A stretch of 64,000 bases of DNA, taken from NCBI GenBank assembly GCA_021778015.1, contig JAJYCX010000011.1:6053-70052 (forward strand). Direction: 5' to 3'. The DNA comes from Pseudomonadota bacterium (lineage in GTDB: Bacteria > Pseudomonadota > Gammaproteobacteria > UBA1113). Each line of letters opens with the position of its first letter. The stretch's first letter is position 1. Of the stretch, positions 20,345-29,466 are shown piece after piece. The translations under genes and the position numbers were made by a program. Under the pieces are notes generated by a model. That model was not told the DNA's origin, searched no databases, and saw only the letters and a program-made list of their open reading frames with translations.

Positions 20345-20700
20345 TGAGAGCTTTCAAACGTACAGACCGCGTGGGTGACTTAATCCAAAAAGAATTGGCT
20401 ATTATTTTGCAAGCAAAATTTCGCGATGGCGATCTTCCAATGATTACTGTGTCGGCGGTACAACTGGCTCGCGATTTAGCCTATGCCAAAATCTATGTCA
20501 GCACCTTAGGCACAGAGGCTGAAATTAAAGCAATGGTTAAAACCTTAAATACTATGGCTCCAAAATTACGGTATTTATTAGCACAAACCATACGCATACG
20601 CACAACCCCAGAATTACAGTTTGTGTATGATAGTTCTATAGTCGAAGGCAGCAAATTAAGCGCGTTGATTGATTCGGTCGATCCCGATAAAAAGGATTAA
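20344..20700 (+). CDS. rbfA: Ribosome-binding factor A
   Basis: 118 aa. TAATG overlap with the infB stop. Conserved operon position. Confidence 0.9.
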   Translation: MRAFKRTDRVGDLIQKELAIILQAKFRDGDLPMITVSAVQLARDLAYAKIYVSTLGTEAEIKAMVKTLNTMAPKLRYLLAQTIRIRTTPELQFVYDSSIVEGSKLSALIDSVDPDKKD

Positions 20701-20704
20701 CCCT

Positions 20705-21613
20705 GTGGCCAAATCCTTTTCTCGTCCCATAAATGGCATTTTGCTTTTAGACAAATCATTGGGTGTTTCTTCTAATCACGCCTTACAATCCATTAAAAAA
20801 ATGTTTTATGCTGATAAAGCAGGCCACACAGGTAGTTTAGATCCGTTAGCTTCTGGTATGTTGCCTATTTGTTTAGGCGCTGCAACGCGTTATGCGCAAT
20901 ACTTATTAAATGCCAATAAACGTTATAGAGCAAAAATTCGCTTAGGGCAAAGCACTACTACCGGCGATAGGGAAGGCAAAATCGTAGCAGAAACTCCATT
21001 GCCCTTATTAGGTGAAAAAGATGTAGCCGCGGTATTAAAAACATTTTTAGGACCGCAACAACAATGCCCACCCATGTATTCTGCCCTAAAACACCAAGGA
21101 AAAAAATTATACGAACTGGCAAGACAGGGCATAGAAGTAGAAAGGCCTTTGCGCGACATTGAAATATATAGTTTAAAGTTAATAGACTATGACATTACTA
21201 CACTGACCATAGAAGTACATTGCAGCAAAGGAACTTATATACGCACTTTGGCCGAAGACATCGGTAAAAAGCTGGACTGCGGCGCGCATTTAGCTGCTTT
21301 GCATCGTTTATCCGTGGAAGGTTTTAACAGCGAGGAAATGCTGACTTTAGAACAATTGCAGGATCTAGCTGTGCAAAAAGGGGTTAGTGCTATAGAGGCG
21401 TATATATTGCCTATGGATAAAGCCCTAGCACATTATCCTAGTATTGCATTATCGGAATGGTGGTTAGCATTATTGCGTTGCGGTAAATCATTCATTTGTC
21501 CAGAGTTATCGTCTGGATTAAAACGCTTATACGCCCAGGATGGCCAATTTAAAGGCTTAGTGATTGTGGATGAGGCTGGGCGTGTTAAAGCAGAACGTTT
21601 ATTGGCTTTTTAA
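20705..21613 (+). CDS. truB: tRNA pseudouridine-55 synthase TruB
   Basis: INGILLLDKSLGVSSN...GHTGSLDPLASGMLPICLG (catalytic Asp motif). The GTG 20705 start is preferred by N-terminal length, with TTG 20669 as an alternative. Confidence 0.9.
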   Translation: MAKSFSRPINGILLLDKSLGVSSNHALQSIKKMFYADKAGHTGSLDPLASGMLPICLGAATRYAQYLLNANKRYRAKIRLGQSTTTGDREGKIVAETPLPLLGEKDVAAVLKTFLGPQQQCPPMYSALKHQGKKLYELARQGIEVERPLRDIEIYSLKLIDYDITTLTIEVHCSKGTYIRTLAEDIGKKLDCGAHLAALHRLSVEGFNSEEMLTLEQLQDLAVQKGVSAIEAYILPMDKALAHYPSIALSEWWLALLRCGKSFICPELSSGLKRLYAQDGQFKGLVIVDEAGRVKAERLLAF

Positions 21614-21649
21614 GCTTAACTTCTCAGCGTGATTAAGCATAGGGCAAAA

Positions 21650-21882
21650 TCGTTATCGTTCAGTGCTGGCCGGGTCCTGTCCCGGTGATACCTCGTCGTG
21701 CTCGTGCCTGCGCGCGCCGAGGACTCCCTCACCGGAACACCCCGCCATAACTACCGTGCTTTGTATCGAGTTAATTCATATCAGTCTGTATTTTCAGAGT
21801 AATGTCTAGATCTATAACGTTGTCATCCCCGACTGCGGCCTCGCGGCCTGGTCGAGGATGACAAATGCGCAGAATTAGGTCC
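21650..21882. repeat. Composite repeat, copy D (inverted relative to copy C): GC-rich module 21655-21760 plus short-form palindromic core 21810-21873
   Basis: Its reverse complement aligns with 14940-15243. It lacks the ~80 nt of extra core sequence present in copy C. Confidence 0.85.
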
Positions 21883-21938
21883 AAAGCTATTATTGCCATT
21901 GTGTAAGCCATAAGTGGCATGAATCCCGCGCTATAACT

Positions 21939-21962
21939 GAGCCGCGACCGTCAGGGAGCGGA
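21939..21962 (+). repeat. GC-rich short dispersed repeat (family 2)
   Basis: GAGCCGCGACCGTCAGGGAGCGGA. It is embedded in a ~130-bp segment bounded by the 10-bp inverted repeats CCAAAGCTAT (21881-21890) and ATAGCTTTGG (22001-22010). Confidence 0.8.
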
Positions 21963-22134
21963 GTAACTGGGTTTACGGCGTGTTTGACACAACGCAGTGA
22001 TAGCTTTGGGCGAGTAAGCTTGTAGCTTTATAAAATCAATGATTTCAGCTTTAATGAAAAGGAAGAGGGCGCGTGACAAAAGCTCCGAATTTTTGTATCA
22101 TTCATGACTAGAACAATTCCATATAGGCTCTTTT

Positions 22135-25100
22135 ATGACCGTTTTTATGACAGATAATGACTTAATCCTTCCGCCGCGCCGCCAGGCCCTCATGGATGCC
22201 TATCGCATGGATGAAGCGGTGTGCCTAGAACAACTGTTAAAAATCGCATCCTTCAGTGAGAGTGAATTAGATCGTATCCACGATAGAGCTTATCGCCTGG
22301 TGGAGGCTATACGCCATAAGGATCATGTTAAAAGTGGTTTAGACGCTTTTTTACAGCAATATCAACTGTCTACCGATGAAGGCATAGCCTTAATGTGCAT
22401 GGCCGAAGCATTATTACGCATTCCCGATGATGCCACGCGCGATAAGCTCATTCAAGATAAAATAGGCGAAGGCCAATGGGAGCAACACTCGGGACAAAGT
22501 CAGTCATTTTTTGTCAATGCAGCCACCTGGGGCTTGATGCTAACCGGCAAATTTTCCACTTGGTCTAACACAGATGAAGCGCGTCTCAATAATACTTTAA
22601 AAGCTTTTGTCAGACGTAAGGGCTTATCCGTAGTGCGGACTATAGTTGCTTATGCGATGCGTGTACTGGGACAGCAATTTGTCATGGGACAAACCATAGA
22701 GGAAGCCTTGCAACGAGCTAAAAGTATGGAAGCCATAGGCTACCGTTTCTCTTATGATATGCTAGGCGAAGCTGCGTGCACACCTGATGATGCTGTACGT
22801 TATTATGGTGCTTATCACAAAGCCATTTTAGCTATCGGTAAATCAGCAGATGGACTAGGTCCTATACAGGGCCCCGGCATTTCCATCAAATTATCTGCAT
22901 TGCACCCACGTTATGAATTTGCGCAGCGCAAAGACTGTGTCAAAGTTGTCAGCGAGCGTTTACTAGAGCTTGCTATTGCTGCCAAAGGTCAAGGTTTGGG
23001 TTTAACCATCGATGCTGAAGAAGCAGATCGACTTGATATTTCCTTAGATATCATTGAAAAAGTATTTACCGATACGGCCTTAAGCGGTTGGGAAGGTTTT
23101 GGTTTAGCAATACAATCCTATCAAAAACGCTGTTCTTTTTTAATCGATTGGCTCTCTGATTTATCCGGCAGCGCCAATAGACGCTTGATGGTGCGTTTGA
23201 TCAAAGGCGCTTATTGGGACAGTGAAATTAAAATCAGTCAAGAACGCGGTTTAGTCGATTATCCAGTCTTTACGCGTAAAAGAAGCACAGACGTATCGTT
23301 TCTAGCCTGCGCACGTAAATTGTTACAGCATCAAAAACAATTTTTCCCGCAATTCGCCACCCACAATGCGTATAGTGCTGCGGCCATATTAGAAATTGTT
23401 GGGCAAAGACATGATTTTGAGTTTCAATGCCTGCATGGCATGGGGCGGCCTTTATACGATGAAATCGTCGGTGTAAAAAAACTAAATATACCTTGCAGAG
23501 TGTATGCGCCCGTCGGTGGTCATGAAGATCTATTAGCTTATTTAGTAAGACGTCTATTAGAAAATGGTGCCAACAGTTCTTTTGTCAATCGCATTGCTAA
23601 TAATAAAGAGCCTATAGATCATTTAATCATAGCGCCTACAATACAGGTAGCTCAAGATGAGCCTAAACGCAACCCACGTATTCCGCTGCCCGCGAATATT
23701 TATCATGAACGTACTAATTCTAGGGGAATAGACTTGACAAATACAAACGAATTAAAGCCATTAATAGATGCTATGGAAAAAGCCTGCGAAGGCATGCCTT
23801 TGCAAGCAGGGCCTATGGTGAATGGGCATTATCGCTTTAAAAAAGGAGATGCCATTCGAAACCCGCATAATAGACAAAATATTGTAGGCACTGTATTAGC
23901 GTCTACAACGACGGATATCAATGAAGCATTACAAGCTGCAGCGGATGCTGAGGAAAACTGGCGTCAAACTGAACCTAAAGTACGTGCTGCGATGTTACTC
24001 AAGATGGCTGATCTATTAGAGGAAAACAAACCGCGTTTAATGGCCATCGCAATTCAAGAAGCGGGTAAAACCATTAACGACGCCATCAGTGAAGTGCGTG
24101 AAGCGATTGATTTTTGCCGTTACTATGCGCAAGAAGGCGAAAAACAATTAGCGCCACGTTTGCTGCAAGGTGTAACCGGTGAGCGCAACGAATATCATCT
24201 ATTAGGGCGTGGTACGATATTGTGTATCAGTCCATGGAATTTTCCCTTAGCGATATTCTTAGGGCAAGTAACTGCTGCATTGATGAGTGGTAATTGTGTG
24301 ATCGCCAAACCCGCAGAACAAACACCTTTAATTGCTGCAGTCGCAACGACATTATTGCATGAAGCCGGTATCCCCAAAGCGGTGATGCAATTATTACCTG
24401 GCGCGGGTGAAGTAGTGGGTGCGCAATTAGTCGCAGATGAACGGATTGCGGGGGTATTATTTACAGGTTCTACCGAAACGGCACGTTTGATTAATCGTCA
24501 ATTGGCTGAACGCAAAGGCCCTATCGTGCCTTTTATTGCTGAAACCGGTGGACAAAATGCGATGATAGTCGATGCTTCAGCTTTACCAGAACAAGTGGTG
24601 AAAGATGCCATCACTTCTGCCTTTGGTAGTGCAGGGCAGCGTTGCTCGGCCTTGCGCGTGTTATATTTGCAAGAAGAAGTGGCAGATAAAATTATTAAAA
24701 TGTTGGCCGGTGCCATGGCTACTTTAAAAGTAGGCGATCCGGCTTTATTGGAGACCGATATAGGCCCAGTGATTGACGAAGATGCTTTGGCTATTTTGAA
24801 TGCGCATGCCGAACGCATGGAGCATGAAGCTAAAGCCATCTATCAAGTAAAATTACCTGAAAGCGCCGCACAAGGCTATTATTTTGCACCGCGTGCAGTT
24901 GAAATCAAGGAATTGGCACAATTACAGCGTGAAGTCTTTGGACCATTCTTGCACGTGATACGCTATAAAAGCAGTAAGATGGATGAAGTCATCAATGATA
25001 TTAATAACAGCGGCTATGGTTTAACCTTTGGCGTACACAGCCGCATTAACCAAACGGTGCAACACTTGACTGACAGTATTCATGCTGGTAATGTTTATGT

Positions 25101-25284
25101 GAATCGCAATATGATAGGTGCTGTAGTAGGCGTGCAACCTTTTGGCGGCGAAGGCTTATCGGGCACAGGCCCCAAAGCCGGCGGACCGTATTATTTAGCA
25201 CGATTGTGTACTGAAAAAGTTGTGTCTGTAAATACTACAGCTGCTGGTGGTAATGCCAGTTTGTTGGATAATGTGGGCGATTAG
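22135..25284 (+). CDS. putA: Bifunctional proline dehydrogenase / 1-pyrroline-5-carboxylate dehydrogenase PutA (no N-terminal RHH DNA-binding domain apparent)
   Basis: 1049 aa. PRODH barrel motifs (GAYWDSEIK) are followed by an aldehyde dehydrogenase domain (FIAETGGQNAMIVD, GSAGQRCSALR). Confidence 0.93.
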   Translation: MTVFMTDNDLILPPRRQALMDAYRMDEAVCLEQLLKIASFSESELDRIHDRAYRLVEAIRHKDHVKSGLDAFLQQYQLSTDEGIALMCMAEALLRIPDDATRDKLIQDKIGEGQWEQHSGQSQSFFVNAATWGLMLTGKFSTWSNTDEARLNNTLKAFVRRKGLSVVRTIVAYAMRVLGQQFVMGQTIEEALQRAKSMEAIGYRFSYDMLGEAACTPDDAVRYYGAYHKAILAIGKSADGLGPIQGPGISIKLSALHPRYEFAQRKDCVKVVSERLLELAIAAKGQGLGLTIDAEEADRLDISLDIIEKVFTDTALSGWEGFGLAIQSYQKRCSFLIDWLSDLSGSANRRLMVRLIKGAYWDSEIKISQERGLVDYPVFTRKRSTDVSFLACARKLLQHQKQFFPQFATHNAYSAAAILEIVGQRHDFEFQCLHGMGRPLYDEIVGVKKLNIPCRVYAPVGGHEDLLAYLVRRLLENGANSSFVNRIANNKEPIDHLIIAPTIQVAQDEPKRNPRIPLPANIYHERTNSRGIDLTNTNELKPLIDAMEKACEGMPLQAGPMVNGHYRFKKGDAIRNPHNRQNIVGTVLASTTTDINEALQAAADAEENWRQTEPKVRAAMLLKMADLLEENKPRLMAIAIQEAGKTINDAISEVREAIDFCRYYAQEGEKQLAPRLLQGVTGERNEYHLLGRGTILCISPWNFPLAIFLGQVTAALMSGNCVIAKPAEQTPLIAAVATTLLHEAGIPKAVMQLLPGAGEVVGAQLVADERIAGVLFTGSTETARLINRQLAERKGPIVPFIAETGGQNAMIVDASALPEQVVKDAITSAFGSAGQRCSALRVLYLQEEVADKIIKMLAGAMATLKVGDPALLETDIGPVIDEDALAILNAHAERMEHEAKAIYQVKLPESAAQGYYFAPRAVEIKELAQLQREVFGPFLHVIRYKSSKMDEVINDINNSGYGLTFGVHSRINQTVQHLTDSIHAGNVYVNRNMIGAVVGVQPFGGEGLSGTGPKAGGPYYLARLCTEKVVSVNTTAAGGNASLLDNVGD

Positions 25285-25294
25285 AGCACACTAT

Positions 25295-25360
25295 AACCGA
25301 GCCGCGACCGTTAGGGAGCGGGATAAAAAAGAACGGAGCCGCGATCGTCAGGGAGCGGAA
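25295..25360 (+). repeat. Two tandem copies of the family-2 GC-rich repeat
   Basis: AACCGAGCCGCGACCGTTAGGGAGCGGGA (25295-25323) and AACGGAGCCGCGATCGTCAGGGAGCGGAA (25332-25360), directly after the putA stop. Confidence 0.85.
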
Positions 25361-25389
25361 AAATTACGATTAATTTTAAGGAATAAATT

Positions 25390-25827
25390 ATGAACGACAA
25401 TTTTTATCAAGTCTTTGCGAAGTTATTAGCAGATACCTATACTTTGTATCTTAAAACACAAAACTATCATTGGAATGTGCATGGACCGTATTTTAAAACT
25501 TTGCATATAATGTTTGAAGAGCAGTATATGCAATTGGCTCTGGGTGTCGATGCCTTGGCTGAGCGCATTGTTACCTTAGGACACACTGCCCCTGCTAGTT
25601 TTGCCGAATTTAGTGCATTACGCAGCATAAAAGAAGGTGATCCTAAAAAGACGGCGGAACAAATGGTCTCGGAATTGTGTGATGATCATCAGCTCATTTT
25701 AAAAGACTTATATAAAGTCTTAAAAATAGCTCAAGAACACAATGATGAAGGCAGTACTACTTTATTAGGCGATCGTATTGCTGAACATGAGAAAATACAT
25801 TGGATGTTACGCGCATCTAAGGCGTAA
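25390..25827 (+). CDS. dps: Dps-family DNA-protection/ferritin-like protein
   Basis: 145 aa. LLADTYTLYLKTQNYHWNVHGPYFKTLHIMFEEQY is the Dps ferroxidase-centre signature. Confidence 0.88.
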   Translation: MNDNFYQVFAKLLADTYTLYLKTQNYHWNVHGPYFKTLHIMFEEQYMQLALGVDALAERIVTLGHTAPASFAEFSALRSIKEGDPKKTAEQMVSELCDDHQLILKDLYKVLKIAQEHNDEGSTTLLGDRIAEHEKIHWMLRASKA

Positions 25828-26175
25828 TTAACCAGCCCAATCCGCTGATTTTCAACAGGCCAAATTGTTAAAAATCAGCGGGTTACACTTAACTCCATTT
25901 TTTACTTCTTTTAGCTATAAAACAATTCTGATTTAAATCAAAGACTTAAAGCAATCATAAAATCCCGCTCAAATAAATTATAAATTTAAAAGACATTGTG
26001 GTTTAACTCAAGGAAGTTTATAATTAACGGTCGTTAGCTCTGCCTGGATTCTTCTCCCTGAAGATAAAAACCACAAAGGCCCTTTTTTTGTAATAACTTA
26101 TTCCAGGACTTATTTTGAAAAAGCTTAGGAGCTTATTTTTTTAGATATCAATAAATATTAGATGCGAGGTAATGT

Positions 26176-28251
26176 ATGAAAGATTTTAGTTCAGGCTTGT
26201 TTAATCCTGAGAAGGGGGGTATGTCCAGTCTTCAGAAAGCGGGGACATCGAGTCCTCAGAAAGCGGAGGCATCCAGTTCTGAGCAAAGCAGAAAACCATC
26301 TGTCAATAGACAATTATTTGCTGATGATATACCGGCCCCAAAACCAGATGGTAAAGAAAATAAAAACCCTCAAAATTTAAAAATAGATAGTAATGGAAAA
26401 GGTATTGAACAAAGCATCCCTAAAGAAATTTTAGAACCGATAGAGGATTTTGCTCCATATCTTTTTGGTAAAGTTAAAAACGTGGGAGAGGAAGAAAACT
26501 TTATTTCAAATAGATTTATGTCTAAAGTTAAAGAGAATGAGAAAACTAACATTCTTGCTGAGTTGCATGATTTCGAGCTTTGTGTGATTGGTTATGTTGC
26601 AGTACAGCCACCAGCCTTTACAAAGCCCATTTATATTTTTGGTCGAAGTGGTGCTAATATTTCCAGTCATCCTGTAGAAAAGTTTAATCCTCATTTAGGA
26701 AGATATTTAAGTGTTCTTAAAGATGTGCCTAAAAAAAGAAGTGCAGCAGAAAAGAAATTGAATAGGGTTAAAAAAGATGATTTGCCCAAAGATCAGGAAA
26801 AGAGGAAAATTGAATTTGAAAAGGAAACACAAAAAATTGCAAAATCTCTTAAAATAATTCCCGCTGAAATTATGGGGCTGTATGATTTTGGGCCAGAATC
26901 GTCTTCAGATAAAATAAACAGTACAAAAGAAGATATTCAGTATTTAGTTGATTTAAATAAAGAAAAAGACATGGATGATGTATATAGCGATTTTATGAAG
27001 TTCAATGCGAATGATAAGAAGAAATTTTTTGTACTTCTGAACAAAAAAGCAAAAGATCAAATAACACTTAGGCTATTAAGAGATGCTTATAATGAAGTAT
27101 GTGCAGAGATGCAGGCTGAGAACCAAGATGCGCATATCTGGTATGTTGATGATTTAAGCAACCAATCAAAAGATAAGATTAAGCAAGGAAAAAGTGAAAA
27201 TTTAGATTTGCTTAAAAAGGTTGATGATGCGGAAGGCATACAGACGCTATTATTTGGAAATTTGCCAAAATCACAACTTGAAAGGATTTGTGCCGAAGAT
27301 AAAATTACAGTGGAACTACTTAAGCTAAGAGCGATTACTGATAAACATATCATCTCTGGTGCATATTATAGCCTTAGTTCTGCTGCGCGAGCGGAAAAAG
27401 TAAGTGCAGAGAAACAGTTAATAGACGCGCAACGCTATGTTGTTGATGGAGAGATAGTATTAGCGCAACCCAAGATAAATAAATTTGAAGGAGCTGATGC
27501 GGGCAAAGAATCTAAGGTCGTTATAAGCCATATAGCAAGCTGCGAAATTTGTTATTACTTAGGAGTAAAAGGTCATCAAGCTAAAGCCTATGCCCATGAA
27601 ACTATAGCCATTAGCATTAGCCCATGTAGAGCAAAAAAAGGGAAAGCTGTCCCATCAAGTGAACAAGAGAATAAATTGTTTAATAGTTTGATTGCTATTG
27701 TAGCTACGCTCCCAGAAAAAATAAGTCAATCACTTCAAGATAATATTAGATTTATTTTTAGCGCTAGAGACTTGTTGGGCGTAGAAGGCGAATTAACCCA
27801 AGAAAGGGTTGATTTAATTTCTATTTTCTTAGGCCAAGTTGAAATGTTTATTAGAGATAATTCTTATGACCTGTCTACAGAAGATTTAGCATCACTTTCA
27901 ACGTTTGTAATTGAATCTAATCATTATCTTAGACAGATGCAAGATGCTGTTGCCTCTATACCTATGGATGATAAGAGACCAGAAGCATCTAGATTATTCT
28001 CAGGTAGCTCCTTTTTTAGCGCAGCTAGTTCTTCTAGTGCTGCTAGTTCTTCTAGTTCTGCTGGTTTTTTTAGTGCTGCTAGTTCTTCTAGTGCTGCTGG
28101 TTTTTTTAGCGCAGCTAGTTCTTCTAGTGCTGCTAGTTCTTCTAGTGCTGCTGGTTTTTTTAGTGCTGCTGGTTCTTCTAGCGCTAGAGCTTTATTCCAA
28201 GATGATTTTGCATCTAGTAACGATAAAAGCGCACCAACATTAGATCTGTAG
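26176..28251 (+). CDS. Orphan 691-aa protein with a C-terminal Ser/Ala/Phe repeat array (candidate effector)
   Basis: GAGGT SD lies 5 nt before the ATG. K/E/N-rich and AT-rich. N-terminal SSLQKAG/SSPQKAE repeats. C-terminal (G)FFSAASSSSAA repeats. No family recognised. Confidence 0.7.
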   Translation: MKDFSSGLFNPEKGGMSSLQKAGTSSPQKAEASSSEQSRKPSVNRQLFADDIPAPKPDGKENKNPQNLKIDSNGKGIEQSIPKEILEPIEDFAPYLFGKVKNVGEEENFISNRFMSKVKENEKTNILAELHDFELCVIGYVAVQPPAFTKPIYIFGRSGANISSHPVEKFNPHLGRYLSVLKDVPKKRSAAEKKLNRVKKDDLPKDQEKRKIEFEKETQKIAKSLKIIPAEIMGLYDFGPESSSDKINSTKEDIQYLVDLNKEKDMDDVYSDFMKFNANDKKKFFVLLNKKAKDQITLRLLRDAYNEVCAEMQAENQDAHIWYVDDLSNQSKDKIKQGKSENLDLLKKVDDAEGIQTLLFGNLPKSQLERICAEDKITVELLKLRAITDKHIISGAYYSLSSAARAEKVSAEKQLIDAQRYVVDGEIVLAQPKINKFEGADAGKESKVVISHIASCEICYYLGVKGHQAKAYAHETIAISISPCRAKKGKAVPSSEQENKLFNSLIAIVATLPEKISQSLQDNIRFIFSARDLLGVEGELTQERVDLISIFLGQVEMFIRDNSYDLSTEDLASLSTFVIESNHYLRQMQDAVASIPMDDKRPEASRLFSGSSFFSAASSSSAASSSSSAGFFSAASSSSAAGFFSAASSSSAASSSSAAGFFSAAGSSSARALFQDDFASSNDKSAPTLDL
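28012..28185 (+). repeat. In-frame tandem repeat (units of 54/36/54/30 nt built from a 15-nt GCTAGTTCTTCTAGT subunit) inside the 691-aa CDS
   Basis: TTTTTTAGCGCAGCTAGTTCTTCTAGTGCTGCT... is repeated four times and encodes FFSAASSSSAASSSS(S)AG. Confidence 0.9.
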
Positions 28252-28400
28252 TTACAATGTTGAGCAGGCAACATATAGATTATAGTCAATGAGTGGGTAT
28301 TTACGAGTAATCAAATAGGGGTGTGATTTACACCCCTAATTTTTAAGCATATCCTATTGAATTTTATGAAATAATTTGTTATTGTACGGATATACAAAAA

Positions 28401-29456
28401 ATGAAGAACTTATTAGGAAGGATTATGCTCAACACTACGCCAGAAGAACAGCGAATCAAGGATATTAGAGATAGTTTAACAAAATTATCTTCTGCTACGG
28501 CAGAGAACCTTGTCTATGTTATCAAGCCTTTCTTGGATTTATTAGCAGATCCTAAGAATCACACTATTTTAGATCATCTATATCTATACCCTTATTTTGC
28601 AGCATTAATAAAAGAACATAGCGCCATTTTAAACGGTCTAACTTTCATCAATGCAGAACTTGATTTTCAAGTAGGTACTACACCGTTAATGCAGCTCATA
28701 GGAATTTATAAGTTGGCATTATTTACGTGTAATAATCGCCAACAAGAGCGGTCTTTAGAAGACTGTTTAAATGACTATTCTTTTTCTGCACAACACGGAA
28801 ATCTACAGGCTGCCACTGCTCTGATACAATATTATTTTAAGGAACTTCCTCATATGTCTGAGGATAATTTCGAGTCTTTTGTTAGAATGATCAATAAATC
28901 CGTATTTTCTAATCCTACGGCACTGCAGGCAAGCGGTTTTTTTCTTTCTGCACAATTATACTATCAAATAAGTCAACGGTATCTACAAAAAGAAAAGGAT
29001 AATCCAAACAATTCCTTTAAATATTTTGAAAAAAGTGTTTTACACTATATTACAGCAAGACACTTACTTAGAGCAGGGCATGGTCAAGAGCCTATGCCAC
29101 TGGTGGTTACTGAAAAAATTTACCCTAGTATAGAGGATGAAGAAGGGTTTATGCTGTATATTACAAACAAAGCTATGTTTTTTAAAGAAGAAAGCTCTGT
29201 GCTTTTGGATTGTAACTTCGTAGCGCGCCAAGCAAGCCTAAAGGCTGAAAATTGCGCACTCGAGTATAGCACCCATATAGCGCGTGCTACCAAGCCTCTA
29301 AACGGAGAAGAGCTGGATAAAATTATTCAAAAAATATTAAATGAATTAAAGCCTATAAGCTTAATATCTTATCCAGGCGCTTACTTTTCTCCTGCAAGTG
29401 CCGATGTACGGCCTGGGCCCTCAAACGCAGCCTCTATACCAGGGCTGAAACAGTGA
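28401..29456 (+). CDS. Orphan 351-aa helical protein (weak Sel1/TPR-like segments)
   Basis: Long ORF with AT-rich codon usage. Segments such as SAQHGNLQAATALIQYYF are repeat-like. No family recognised. Confidence 0.55.
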   Translation: MKNLLGRIMLNTTPEEQRIKDIRDSLTKLSSATAENLVYVIKPFLDLLADPKNHTILDHLYLYPYFAALIKEHSAILNGLTFINAELDFQVGTTPLMQLIGIYKLALFTCNNRQQERSLEDCLNDYSFSAQHGNLQAATALIQYYFKELPHMSEDNFESFVRMINKSVFSNPTALQASGFFLSAQLYYQISQRYLQKEKDNPNNSFKYFEKSVLHYITARHLLRAGHGQEPMPLVVTEKIYPSIEDEEGFMLYITNKAMFFKEESSVLLDCNFVARQASLKAENCALEYSTHIARATKPLNGEELDKIIQKILNELKPISLISYPGAYFSPASADVRPGPSNAASIPGLKQ

Positions 29457-29466
29457 TAATATTCTC

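Noticed and set aside
28012-28185. Possible CRISPR-like or minisatellite array
   Set aside because: The units are contiguous with no unique spacers, lie in frame within a CDS, and no cas genes are present. This is a coding tandem repeat, not a CRISPR array.
27911-28289. 110-aa plus-strand (LVLLVLLV...) and 121-aa minus-strand (AALEELAALKK...) ORFs
   Set aside because: These are alternative-frame and antisense readings of the in-frame Ser/Ala tandem repeat of the 691-aa gene. The periodic repeat simply lacks stop codons in several frames.
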